A stretch of DNA of 64,000 nucleotides from Gonapodya sp. JEL0774. Taxonomy: Eukaryota. Under the pieces are notes generated by a model, which saw only the letters and a list, made by a program, of their open reading frames with translations, ran no database searches and was not told where the DNA came from. The DNA lies in NCBI GenBank assembly GCA_027604505.1, contig JADIIX010000036.1:1-64000 (forward strand), written 5' to 3'. Numbering within the stretch: position 1 is the first letter of the stretch; the number at the start of each line of letters is the position of its first letter. Position numbers and translations under genes: made by a program. Positions 23,762-35,344 of this stretch are shown one piece after another.

Positions 23762-24397
23762 AGCGCCTACCGGCGCTTAGGCCTCGGGTCTCGCTTCCCT
23801 CGATGTGACTCACCAGGACCAACTTGGAAGCATTCGCAGCCGCAATATCCGATCCAACATCTGTGACGCTCTCGGCAAAGCAGGGAACGGAGGGCTCGAC
23901 AGTGTCGCCCTCCTGTGCCCGCACTGCTCACGCGATGTGGATGGCTAAAGGCGCGCTCTTCGTGCCGTGTCCCGTCATGGGTCGGCCAGAACGCGCGCGA
24001 GAGTCAAAATCTCGGGCAACTATCTCGGGCCCGCGCGGGCGACACTGTCGCGTGGTTGAGGACAACGACTGTCTCTACCACCGCAGCGTCGTTCGCCATC
24101 ATGACAGCGCTGCGGGGGAGTCGACGGCGATGCAGCCCGACGCGACCAGGGGCGCCAACTTTGACAATGAGCGGTTGTAGACGCGCAGGGGGTTCGCTTG
24201 GTATAGGGAAGACGAAGAGGCGGAGCGGGCAAAGAGGCGCGCCTGGATGTTACCTCAGAACGGCTCGTCCATCCTGGATTCTGGTTCCTGGCCGTAACTT
24301 GAGCACATCGCCCGAATTGTCACTTCGTCAGTGTCCGCCGGCATTCAGTTCGGTCTTTGGAATGCGTCGAGGGGCGGCGAGTCAGAACTCATGAGTT
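23762..24397 (+). ncRNA. Candidate large structured ncRNA of unknown family
   Basis: Nested long-range helices join the 5' and 3' ends, with many internal hairpins; G-U pairs favour the + strand; no recognisable protein in any frame. Confidence 0.5.
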
Positions 24398-24605
24398 TCA
24401 GGACAGAAGACGAGCTGAGGTTGTTCCGGAGACCATGCAAACAAATTAGTCGATGTACAAATTGCTTGAACACTGCAAAATTTTGGCTTGTTAATGTCGC
24501 AGTTCCGGGTGGTCGCCAATTGCGTTAGCTTGAGCCAACCGCCGTGCTAGTCGGGATACCGCCTTCACCACCGAACCCGCCCATCACCTCCTGTCCGGCA
24601 TTGGC

Positions 24606-26883
24606 ATGTCCGTTTTCGCCTCACTCGCCCACTACGGCGTCAGTGACATGAACCTCGACGAATTCTCTCACACGGCGGACGAGCTCCCGCGAAACAACAA
24701 CAACGACTCCACAGCTGTTCAGGCTTCCATGACCGCCTCCCCCCGCTCCACAGGCGTTCACCTGCCCCCTGAAATATGGGCGCTTGTATTGCGTGTCTGT
24801 GGTGCTCCAGAGACGAAACTCGGAGTGGATTCGAGTGGTTTGTCGGGGAGTTGTTCTAGAACTCTGGGAACCATGACCAATGGATTGGAACCGGAGGATT
24901 TGTGGCCCTTGAGGAGGATTTCTAGGAGCTTCAAACTTATGGCGGAAAGGGAGTTCTGGGTGAGGTTTAGCAGTACTGGAACGTCTGTGGGGGCTTCACC
25001 GACTTCCGCGGGGTCGCTCCGCAACACCTATACCGGGTCCATCACTGTGTCGCCCTTTTCCGTGCCCACTTTTTCTGTGGTTCCGGCTTTGTCCCAACTC
25101 TCTCGGCTCCCCTTTACCCTCGCACATCTCGTGGAATCGGGAAACCTCCGGAACCCCGCCAGTCTTGCCCTCGTTATCGGCCGTGTCGTAGCTTTACCTG
25201 TCGCTGGTGCATCATCACGCCAATCTGAGTTTGATCCGGATCCTGTACGAAACTTGGACCGGACCCTGGTGCAGGACCTGCAGCGGTGTGCGGTGGAGTC
25301 CATCAGAGCGGTTTGTACTGTGGCCGACCGACACGCACGGATGTGGGCCGAAAAGAAACGTCTCGTGCAGAAGAAGGGAGAGAGGGGAAAGGACACGGAG
25401 GAAATCGGCCTACGACACAGGAACAAGAGGAGGAGAGTGGAGTACCAACCCGATGAGGAAGAAAGCGGTGTCGCTCCTCCTCCACAGAATCGCACATCGT
25501 ACGTTGGCGCTATCATGGCGGAGTTGGCGACGATGTATGTCTTGGAAGCTGAACCTGGACCTGGAGGATCCTTGCACGCGCAGTTGGCGAGCAAATTCCA
25601 GTCCCCGCAGCACCACCACCAGTGTCGGAAGCTGCGGCCTAGCGCGGTAAACTTTATTGCCCGGGTGATGTGCGACTTGGCTCGCGAGACGGACTTGTGC
25701 CTCCCTTCGCCTGGATCCGATTCAGCGAGCACAACATCCCACTCGTACCCTGCCTTCTTCCACCGGCTCTCTACGCTTATATGTGCAGCAGCGTCCCACC
25801 GCACTGCCACCTCCACCAACCCTCTCTCGAAAGATCTTCTCCTCTCCTCATGCGAGAAGGTGCTTGCCATATCCGTCCACCGTGGACTCTCACTCAAGCT
25901 CATGGTCAACGGTGGTCTCGAGAAACCAGCCATGGTGGCTAATGCTGTGAGAGATGTGTGTGTGACGGCTTCGCAAGAAGAGTTTGCTGGAGCGGCTGAG
26001 ATGCTGACGGGGATGTTCAGAGGCATGGACGTGGAAGGGGTGTCATCTGTGGTTGAAGAAGTTATGCTGTTGGAGGGATCGAGCATGGGTATCGTAGGGG
26101 GTTTGGTGGGAGCGGTGAGTAACGAAGTTGCATCAAACCTGGTGTCGAACCTCTCCGAAAGCTAACTTAATCGGTGTACGCGGTGACTGCCAAAACTCTG
26201 ACTCTGAATAAAAGCTCTTTCTGGCACGTCCAACTATGACTGCCCATGTTCTCGCCCGACTCGCTCTCGCACGCTCCCAACCCAAGGACTTTCTCAGCAA
26301 CATCATTCCACTCACGAAACTTCCCAGACACCTTCTTCCACAACTCTTTCAACTTCTCGCAGCCATTACGCAAATCGCACCTCATCTACCTGGCACTATT
26401 GAGCGACTCCACCTCCCACTGGCAGACACCCTCGGTATCCTCCGCAACTGGCCTGCCGAACCCCACTTTGGTCGCGAACTCGCTGCGCCGAGACTCAAGT
26501 CCGGCGCATGGTCGCTTGCTGACCTTGCCGAGGTCCTTCTGGTCCTTGCTGCGAACAACCGGGAGGCAGACGCGGCGCAATGTGTGGTGGAGTGCGAGGG
26601 GCTCGGGGCGATAACCAAGGCTTCACGTGCGGTTTTACACGCGACATATCGGCAAAGAGCTGCGGACGTGTTAGGCGCAATGGTCTTAGCGGAGGATGCT
26701 TTGGGGGCATTGAAGTTTAAGGAGGAGGTCGTGAGAGCCAGGATGGGACTGGGAGGAGGAGCCATGAGGGGAGATGATGTGCTCAGGAGAGTCATGTTCG
26801 GAGGCGCATTGAGTCAGGCTAAATTCCGTTGGAAAGATGGTGGTAGAGCGAGGCGAGGACAAATCGGGGTCTTTGAGAAGTGA
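24606..26883 (+). CDS. F-box-like hypothetical protein, 2 exons
   Basis: N-terminal HLPPEIWALVL...LWPLRRISRSF; the 519-aa and 215-aa ORFs join in frame through intron 26115-26214 (GTGAGT...AAAG). Confidence 0.75.
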
Positions 26884-26997
26884 TGAACCGTGGCTCTGCA
26901 TGAAGGCAGACGAGAATGACAGAAAGTGTAAATATGTCTATTGCATTGTGTATACGAGTTTATGTAAATGGGACCATTGCCCTTAATTCCCTACACC

Positions 26998-28452
26998 TCA
27001 TTTTGCGGCACGCCGAATGGAGTGATCATCTTTGGTTATCACGGGTAACCCTTTCGAAAGATATGGTGGAGGTGCGAGCATATCGGGAGTTACCCAACCA
27101 GGTGCGGAGGCGAGAAGTTGAGGGATACGATTCACCTACAGGCAAAGTCAGATCTGTGAGGAGAAGTGGTTGAATCCCCAGGATTTCAAATATTTGATCG
27201 CCTACCATTGGAGTGCACGTTAGTAGTCGTCCTTTGCAGTCCTTTCCTTTCAATACCATCTTCTCCGGTATTTCTCCCCATGCAGTGACCGTCATATCCT
27301 CGCCTTCTTCAACTCCGATGTCTTTCTCGCCAAAGATGACACCAACACTCTCACAAACCACCGTCACACCTTCCACTGTATCTACAATGCACCTGACCGT
27401 GCACCCCTTCACATGACCGGGCTCTACCCACGCGTCAAGGGCAGCAGAGAAAACTCTGCTTTTGGCAAGCACTGGCACGAATTCGTGGCGGAGGGTACCT
27501 TGAAGTGGCGAGAGAGACAATCCACGTGCAATGCTGTAGACAGCAGGAGAGTCGACGGATGGGGCGGTCAAAGAGGGTTCGACGATCTGGGTCTGGAACT
27601 CCGCGGGGGACAATGTGATTCCCTGGTACTCCGACACCGCGCGACCATAATCTGACAAGAACAAGCCAGCGAATAAGGAATGTATAGTTCTCCAAAATCA
27701 AAAGCACGCGATCTCTCACCCCTGCAGTCCCATGTGATGGATGTCTCGATTCGAGACATGTTGACCATCATACCCGCAACAGTCTGTGCAGGAATGCACC
27801 AGCCCGTGTCGTTAAATCCAGTACTGAAAAAATTTTCGCGATGCAATTCAGTATGCAATTTTATGGTAAGAGACAACAAACGTGTTTGCAACAGACCCGA
27901 GAATCCGGACACCTTTGGCTTTTGCTTTCTCCTCAATGCTGGCGGCAATATCGGGTACGTCACACTCCCAAGGGAACAGCAGCTCTTCGGCAAGGCACAT
28001 GACGTCGATTCCGTATTCAATGCATATGGTGAGTTGCTCCTCGATCTCCTTGACAAACGCACGAGTCGCGAGCATCACAATATCCGGCTTGGTAGTAGCT
28101 ATGACATCACGAATATCGGCGGGGTCAAGTACTTGGAGAGCAGCAACAGACTCTGGGAGACTTCCGAGCGCCTTCACCCCGCTAAACCATTGAGCAGCTG
28201 TATCGTTCGCCAACAGAATGTCACCGACTCTCTTCCCTTTGCGAGAGGCGTTTCGGTCGACGATGGCGACGATTTCCGCTGTATTCCCAGGCTTTACAAG
28301 AACGGAAATGCTCAGCGCGAGTTGATTCATCAGGCCGAAGCCCCAGAACAGCAACCTTAGCTGGAAGGATTCGGCTCAATCGACAGGCCTGATCACCAAA
28401 GGAGACATTGAATTATGGGAAAACGCACCTTTCGAGGCGTGCTGTCCACCAT
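26998..28452 (-). CDS. 2,4-diaminopentanoate dehydrogenase-like / DapB-N family NAD(P)-dependent oxidoreductase
   Basis: Rossmann WGFGLMN, VAIVDRN, KPDIV, CLAEELLFPW, ILGS/GFND, DYG and spliced C-terminus MVNRIPQLLASAPGWVTPDML; about 4 introns. Confidence 0.8.
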
Positions 28453-28561
28453 CTCAGTGTACGATCGCGCTGTCCGGTAATGCGGAAAGTTCCAGCCGGG
28501 GAGTTGCAGCGCCACACCTCCGCTTAAACTTGTGAGCCAACCGTACCAGCATTCCCCTTTT

Positions 28562-29300
28562 ATGTCCGAAATTTATCAGGCGTCAATAGGAGGGAAGCTT
28601 AATCTCAAAGGAGGGGATTCCCTTGGCGTTCTGAAGTGAGTTGTTCTGGGGGTTGAATGAGCTGTTTCTTGGTAGGTTAACTCATGATGTTCGCCTGCAT
28701 TCACCGATGTTCTGCTCGTCCGACTCCTGACAATACCTTTCTGGGCTGCCATCCTGGCAAAGAAAGAAGAAGAAGAAGTCGAAGGAAGATAAAGTGCGAT
28801 TGGAAGAAGCTGTTACTCGAACGATTGACGATGCTGGGAACGGGGGAGGTGGGGACTCGAACAAGCCCAAGGCACCGCCAGTAAGAAAGACGAAAGCGGA
28901 GCTGGCCTTTGAGGAAACTCAAAGAAAGAGAGTGAGTGTGGTCATTGTCGAGCAAAGGGCGCAACGTCGTGCTGCGCGTCGTCAAACGCCTTCCCCCTAT
29001 GTCTCAGCAACAAGAAAGAATACAAAAGAACCTTGCCAAGAGTCACAAAGATCGCGTGCAAGTATGTAGCCATTTCTTTTCCTTGCTGGCTCCCTCCTGC
29101 AGGTTCTGCCCGACGTCCTTGTACTCTCACAACAACTCAAACTCAAATCCGCCATTCCACCTACCGCAGGAGTTCAACGAACGACTCGAACGCCAGACTG
29201 AACACTTTGACATTCCCAAAGGTATGTCGACTCAGTTAGTTCACTGTTCCCGTCGTTGTCTGATAAAACAAACGTTGGAACGATAGTTGGTCCAGGTTAA
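28562..29300 (+). CDS. FAM32A / DUF1754 family small nuclear protein
   Basis: GGKLNLKG, Lys-rich stretch, [44 protein letters not shown] after splicing. Confidence 0.9.
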
Positions 29301-30087
29301 TGCCGTGGGATTCCTCTCAACTTGTTCACCATTACTCTACTGTATACTGTACAAAAGCATAGCTGCATTTATAAATTCGTGTCACTTTCTGTACCTGATG
29401 TTGGGACAGGCAGAATGCCCCGAGAATCCCGACCATACCATTATTATAACCGATCCAATCATGTTCTCAATCCGACCCAATGTTTATGTAATGACCACGC
29501 CAACTTTGATTGCACGAAAATTTATTAGAGGGGGCCGAGTACCACCAACCCACACAGTCTCTCGTTAATCAATCCACTGACAAACGTGCCACACGAATGG
29601 CACCATCGTTGCTGTTTCTAGAAGTCGGTGGTGGTGAAGTTCTTTAACTGCACGCCACAGCCTGCCCGTCGACGAATGAACAACAGGAGTTTGCAAACAC
29701 ATAGCACATTAGAAGGGAGGAGGGATACCGACAGTCAGTGTTTCCTGGAGCCGGATTCACGGTAACCGAATGTGTGTCCTGCCTTTTTGTCGCGAGTCGC
29801 GTCCCAAGGTTGTCTTTGCATGAATCTGCTTTGAGTGGGATAGACAGGTACATAGAAAAGGAGAAGTTATACATATTCAGCGGTGATGTCTCGATGGATG
29901 TGTTACCTGAGATGCCTGACGGCATCCCTCGGGTGATGTGGTGATCGCTACCTGAAAGCAAAGCACAAACCCCTCCCCTCATCAAAGAACAGTGTTAACA
30001 CAATACGAGCGGCATTGAAGAGTCTTGCATTCCACTGATCGACAAATTACAAATTGCTTGTCTTCCTGGATCACCACTCTAATCACC

Positions 30088-32753
30088 ATGAGCACCTCCG
30101 GAAAAGACATTGTGCAACCCAACGAAGGATCGCCCGTTCCTCGTGCTACTAAACAGTCACGCGGTATTCCGCTGAGAGCTGCAATCAGCGCCATGATCTT
30201 TTTGGAGTGAGTGCAGCAAATTTCCATAATCTTCGGTTGCGAGTATGGATCATGAACTGAATCAACACGGCTCGTTTATCCTGATCCCACAGCATTGCAA
30301 TAATCGCCGTAAGTCTCACCATTATCTCGTTCACGTCGACTAGACGGTCAAATGCCGATGCTATAAGCCAAGGTGGGGCCGCAAACGTCAACCGTGAGGT
30401 ATAATCCGCCACCCAGTCTTTCACTGTACACCTCACCCTTGCATAGGCAAACAAAGCATTACTAGCCTTGCCGGGGGTATCCAGATATCTGCCTCCTCCG
30501 GTGTTTGGAAGCAAATGGGTGAGATTGAGAAGTCATCGCCTGGAGTACTATCTTATAACTCTGCCATCAATCGTTTGCTCCAGATACGTATCTAACCAAG
30601 GTGACCGTTATGACCCCACAAACCGTTCCCTTGGCTTCTTCCTAATTAACGTTATACTTGCTCAAAGATTGAATTGCTTGCAAGCCTTACACAGCAAATT
30701 GTGAAGCGAGGAATTGCAAGATATGATGATTTTGAGTGAGTGAGAATGACCAAATCACACGTGCATTTGCGTAGTTGGTGACCATTGAAACGTGAAACCA
30801 TCTCTTGTAGCGCAATGACTCCTCAGATGTTTTCAATTCTCAGCTCCGTCAATGTGAATATACAGTACTATTCTTATTTCATCAATTCTACGCAGGATTC
30901 ACTGGGTTTGGGCCCCGCATATGCCACGACACTTGCCAAATGTGAGCTGTTACATTCCGGATAATGTTTTGAGAGGTGAACTTTTGAATTGTACCTGCTT
31001 TTCCAGCTCCCAGCTCTTGGTATCTCATGTATATTGCCGCAAACAAGACGTGCAATTACTTCTGTCCTAATATTACAACCAATACTCGGTAAGTACTTCT
31101 ATTTCGTGAGAATTCTCCACGACCTGACTCAATTTGATCTGTCTTGTTCCTCAGATTAATCCAATACAATTTGTTGGAAAATAGCAATGGAACTCTCTCT
31201 GTCGGTTCGGTGTATTCACAAGTGAGCAGCCCCATTTTGAATCGTAAATGTTCATGATCATACTCAACGTCCAACTTTTGGTACACCGTACTGACCTGTT
31301 GAGACTCCCCCCGGACTTCAATTGTGGAAGAGGTACGTTTGCCACTTTCTGCACAAGTACTGTGACGCACATAGTATTCGTACTTCAGACCTTGGTACAT
31401 CGACCAGCTCCCTTTGGGGAAGTATGTTTACGTGGATCCATACCTCACCTTAAGCTCGAATACGGATCCCGTACGAATCGTCCAGTCAGTCAGCTTCTCC
31501 CTCTGGGATCAAACCAGCTTTCGGGCAGGCGGTTTGATTCTTTTCAACACTCTCAATTTCGCAAGTATCCTGGAAGAACTAAAGGCGACAAGCACAAAAA
31601 ATACATTACTCTATATTCTGACCCTCAAAGGAGAGATTTTGGGAATGACAGGGCTGGGGATGTTAAACTTTTCGGGTCTTTCGGTGAGGCACAAAATTTC
31701 ATTTCAGCATTCCGAATCAAACGCAAAATCTTGATAAATGTGTTGGTATCAGCCACTTATCAAACAATCCGCTACCGATGGATCCTACAGCCTTAAAACC
31801 ATCTTCGACATCTCATACACAGATAACCCTCTCTTCAACACATCTGCAAGCACCGTTTACGCCGCCTCTGGAAACAATTTATCCCTGGCCATGGATGCAC
31901 AGTACGCTGTGGGTGACTACATGTTCCAGGTGACCCGTTATACAAGGAGCCAGTACACGTGGCTAATTGTGAGCGGTGCAGTGAGTGGTTTTCCTGAATA
32001 TTCAACGTAAGAATACCACTAATCCACTCTTTTCCTTTTATAAACATCATCATTTGCTTCTGATCGCCAGCCGTCATCTGACTACTTGGCTGACAATATT
32101 CTGCTTCAAGATCGGCTTGCTGATCAGCTTGTTACCGCCAGTAGAACCATTATCATCATCGGTGAGTTAGGATTCGGTAGAATCATTTGACAAGGTGCAT
32201 GTCCTGCTTGATTTTAACGATTGCGCTCACTTCTTGGAAGCTGTGGTACTGGTGGTACTGATGAGCGCTGCCAGCTTAGTTTTCACTGAATATCTCATCT
32301 TAAAGCCGTTTCACCTGATGATCATTGCCATGGATAAAGGTGAGCGTGAAGAATCAGAATGATTTTACCGATCTTCTTTGCACTACGTTATGTTTTTAGC
32401 GACCAAGTTCGACTTTTCCTCTGTTCGGGATGGAAGCCTCAAGGAGAAGTCGATCTCATACATGGCCGAGATCCAGAATGTCCAAGTTCACTTCCTCGAG
32501 ATGCTCACGGCATTTTCCAATGCTATCAAACGTTAGTCGCTTCAGTTCTTTACGAACACGAGACGGCATTTTCAAACACAGTTTTACATACTCCTTCCTT
32601 GTTTCTTACCCAGAAAACCGTTCCCTTGTTGGTGGCAAGACTAACAGCTCTGTACTTGGAAAGCCTGGCATTCCGGTGTCTAATCCAGGAAGTCCAGGCG
32701 ACAATTTGAATGAAAGCATCAGCGCATCACGTCTTGTTGGCAATCGCGAATAG
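30088..32753 (+). CDS. TM-Cache-TM-HAMP sensor-like membrane protein (many short exons)
   Basis: TM1 AAISAMIFL/IAIIAVSLTIISF; Cache-like YSYFRPWY...YVDPY; TM2 IIII/AVVLVVLMSAASLVF; HAMP-like KPFHLMIIAMDKATKFDFS...EIQNVQVHFLEML; short tail. The middle exons are only partly resolved. Confidence 0.7.
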
Positions 32754-33227
32754 TTAAACACCCATCGGCCTAGCATATGGAAATGAAATGTAGATATCAT
32801 GAGCGAAGTGCTCGCGTAGGCAGAGGAGGAGTAACAACAAAGAAACAGCGTGGTCGCGTTGCGTTACCATGCAGAGTACGTGACCAGTACCACTTCATAA
32901 CGAAGTCGTATCATTTGTGTAACCGGTTATTATAAGTTTGGAGAAGAACTGCAAATCATTGTGAAATTGCAAACGAATTACTGCGAAATAACTAACCTTG
33001 GTGGCACCTTCATAAGTTCTCAGTCACGTTCCAGAGAAGAAATCCCATTCAGGCATGTCTCAATGACACCGACTGTCGGATGCAAGCGCATTCGCGCAGA
33101 AGTGAACAAAACTTGCCACTGTCGGAACCTCGAGGAAGTAGAACCGAGAATATTTATTGATCCGTCATGCGACTAAATCAATTGGCACTATATTATGTAA
33201 ATCAAAAAGTCCAATACATTACGTTTT

Positions 33228-34975
33228 TCAGATGCGTGCTTTGCTCTGTCTGCCCTTTTCCTCCTTGGCCTTTCGTCCACGATCCATTTCCGCCATCACA
33301 AGCAGGTTCTTGTCCCTGCGCCTGGCGCCGATCTCCCACCAATTGTCCTTCTCACGCATCGCCAGGCTCCAAATCGCCTTAGTCGCAGGAAGTCGGGCGT
33401 CGGCGTACTTTTTGAAGATTTGAGGAATCGTTTCTCCCTTGAGGAGGCCTGCGCGAATTGAAGGCCCGATCAAAGCACCGTCTTCAATGGCAGTGACGGC
33501 TGATTTCAGAATAGAAAATTTTGGGATGTGGTTATCGGATATTGACAACAGCGGAGTAAAGATTCTTACCGCCTCGTCCAATGTAGGGAATCATGGCGTG
33601 TACCGCATCACCGATCATCAAAATTCGTCCGAAATGGGAATAAGGGACGTCTTGAAGGTGTTTCAACCTGCAGAGTTGGACATGTGGAAAAAAAGGAAGA
33701 GTTACATTTAGAGATCTCTACCCACCTCCAAACAGTGAAGTCGGATTTCACAGCATATCTGAAAGCAAGCTCGAGCTCAGGGCTTGCATAGTGTTCTTCC
33801 TTACACATACGGATGCCTATGTCACGGAGCTGATCGAAAGGCGTGTCCTCGAGCGTCTGGCCGGCGGGAAGGTTCGCTTCTTCCCAAGGCTCTATTAGAC
33901 AAGACAGAAAAACAGACTGATCTCACATCAACGTCACTAAACACGCAGTTCAGAAACTTTACTAACTTCGGACTTCGCAGAAAATGCAGAGCTCATCGTT
34001 CCCAAGAGGAAAGATTCCTGCAGAACTTTGAGTAGCGAGACTTGTAAGACTCGTACCGTCAACGTTCACCATATCTCGAAGCTTGTTGGTGAGTGGGTCG
34101 TTTGTGTCTTTCGGAATTTTAGCTAGAAGATAGATGGAGCCAATGTCCGTTGTGATAGGCTGCGAGTTGGGGACGAAGTGCATACGGAAGAATGACCAGA
34201 CTCCATCTGATTCGTGAGATTTTAGGTCAATGCCATAGGTCCGCGAGAGTTGAGATCCATTCCACAGGCATAAAGGACTCGATTCGTACCGGCAGCGATG
34301 ATGTAGTCTCCTCTAGCAATGTATCCATCCTCGAAAGTGATTTCGACTCCGCCACCATTCTCCTCCCATTGCCTCCACTTAGAAATCCGTTTTCTGTACT
34401 GGACTTTTTCCTTGGGCAGAGAGTTGACCATGGCCTCTAGCAGAGGAGCACGCTTAGCCTGGCCGATGTACTTTCCACCGTCAGTGCCTGACCAGAGCAA
34501 TTGCGAAATAAGAAACTCTGCGTGGACACCGTAGGATCCCGCAATGTCGACGCACCTTGAGGGATGTCCCGAGACCAAATTGGCTCCCCATCGCCAAACA
34601 CATATTTGACATGACGAAGAGGAGAGATGAGTGGGTCGACTCGGTCACGAATGTTCATGCCAGCAGGGCCGAAAACAGCATCCCATCGCTCACGGTTACC
34701 GCTACAAGAGATGAATCGTTGAAAGTCAAAGTGCCGACAAATCCGACGTTTGAAATGACGCACAGAGCCAAGGAGTACTGAACTCCTACAGATTCCCCCA
34801 CGTGTGCCTTTTGATCGAACAGCTCGTACTCAATCTTGGGGAGGTTGGGATCGGATCCATCGAATGGAGGCAAAGTCATCAAATGTCGCTGGATGGTGGA
34901 TGCCGAGGCAATGCCACCGGGTCCAGCACCGATGATGATGAACTTGATAGTTTTTCTTGGGTTTGCCGTTGCCAT
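33228..34975 (-). CDS. FAD-dependent monooxygenase (salicylate hydroxylase-like)
   Basis: IIIGAGPGG, YELFDQ, RAPLLEAM, ITFEDG...GDYIIAA, AIEDG, YADAR; multi-exon. Confidence 0.85.
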
Positions 34976-35344
34976 GTCTTGTAGCGAGTCAGGTATTCAG
35001 TCTGATGAGAACGATGGATTTATGTATATTTTTGACGGTTTGTTGTTGGCCCAATACGCTGTGTGATGGCCCGTGATTGAGACTGCGGTCCGATGACGTG
35101 GGAGACCCTTCCGTATTCATATAAATTCCGGCGAACTCTCATCTAAAAATTTGAATGAAGGAATCGGTGATTCACGATCTGTAGGATATCAAATCATAAT
35201 GGCACAGTGAAAACATCGTGTGATTCTTATTCTCCTTTGAGAAAACCCAAGACCCAAACCCATCTGTTGGATATGTAATTGGAATATTCAGAATCCTCAT
35301 ATGCTTCCGCACTTCCAAACGTCTACTCTGCCGAGTTACTGTCC

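Noticed and set aside
24421..24446. AGACCATGCAAACA resembling the U17/snR30 m2 motif plus ACA
   Set aside because: The required m1 motif (AUAUUCCUA) and the intervening hairpin are absent.
25028..26086. Long antisense ORFs (also 14424-15191, 39426-40124 and others)
   Set aside because: Shadows of real genes on the opposite strand in GC-rich DNA.
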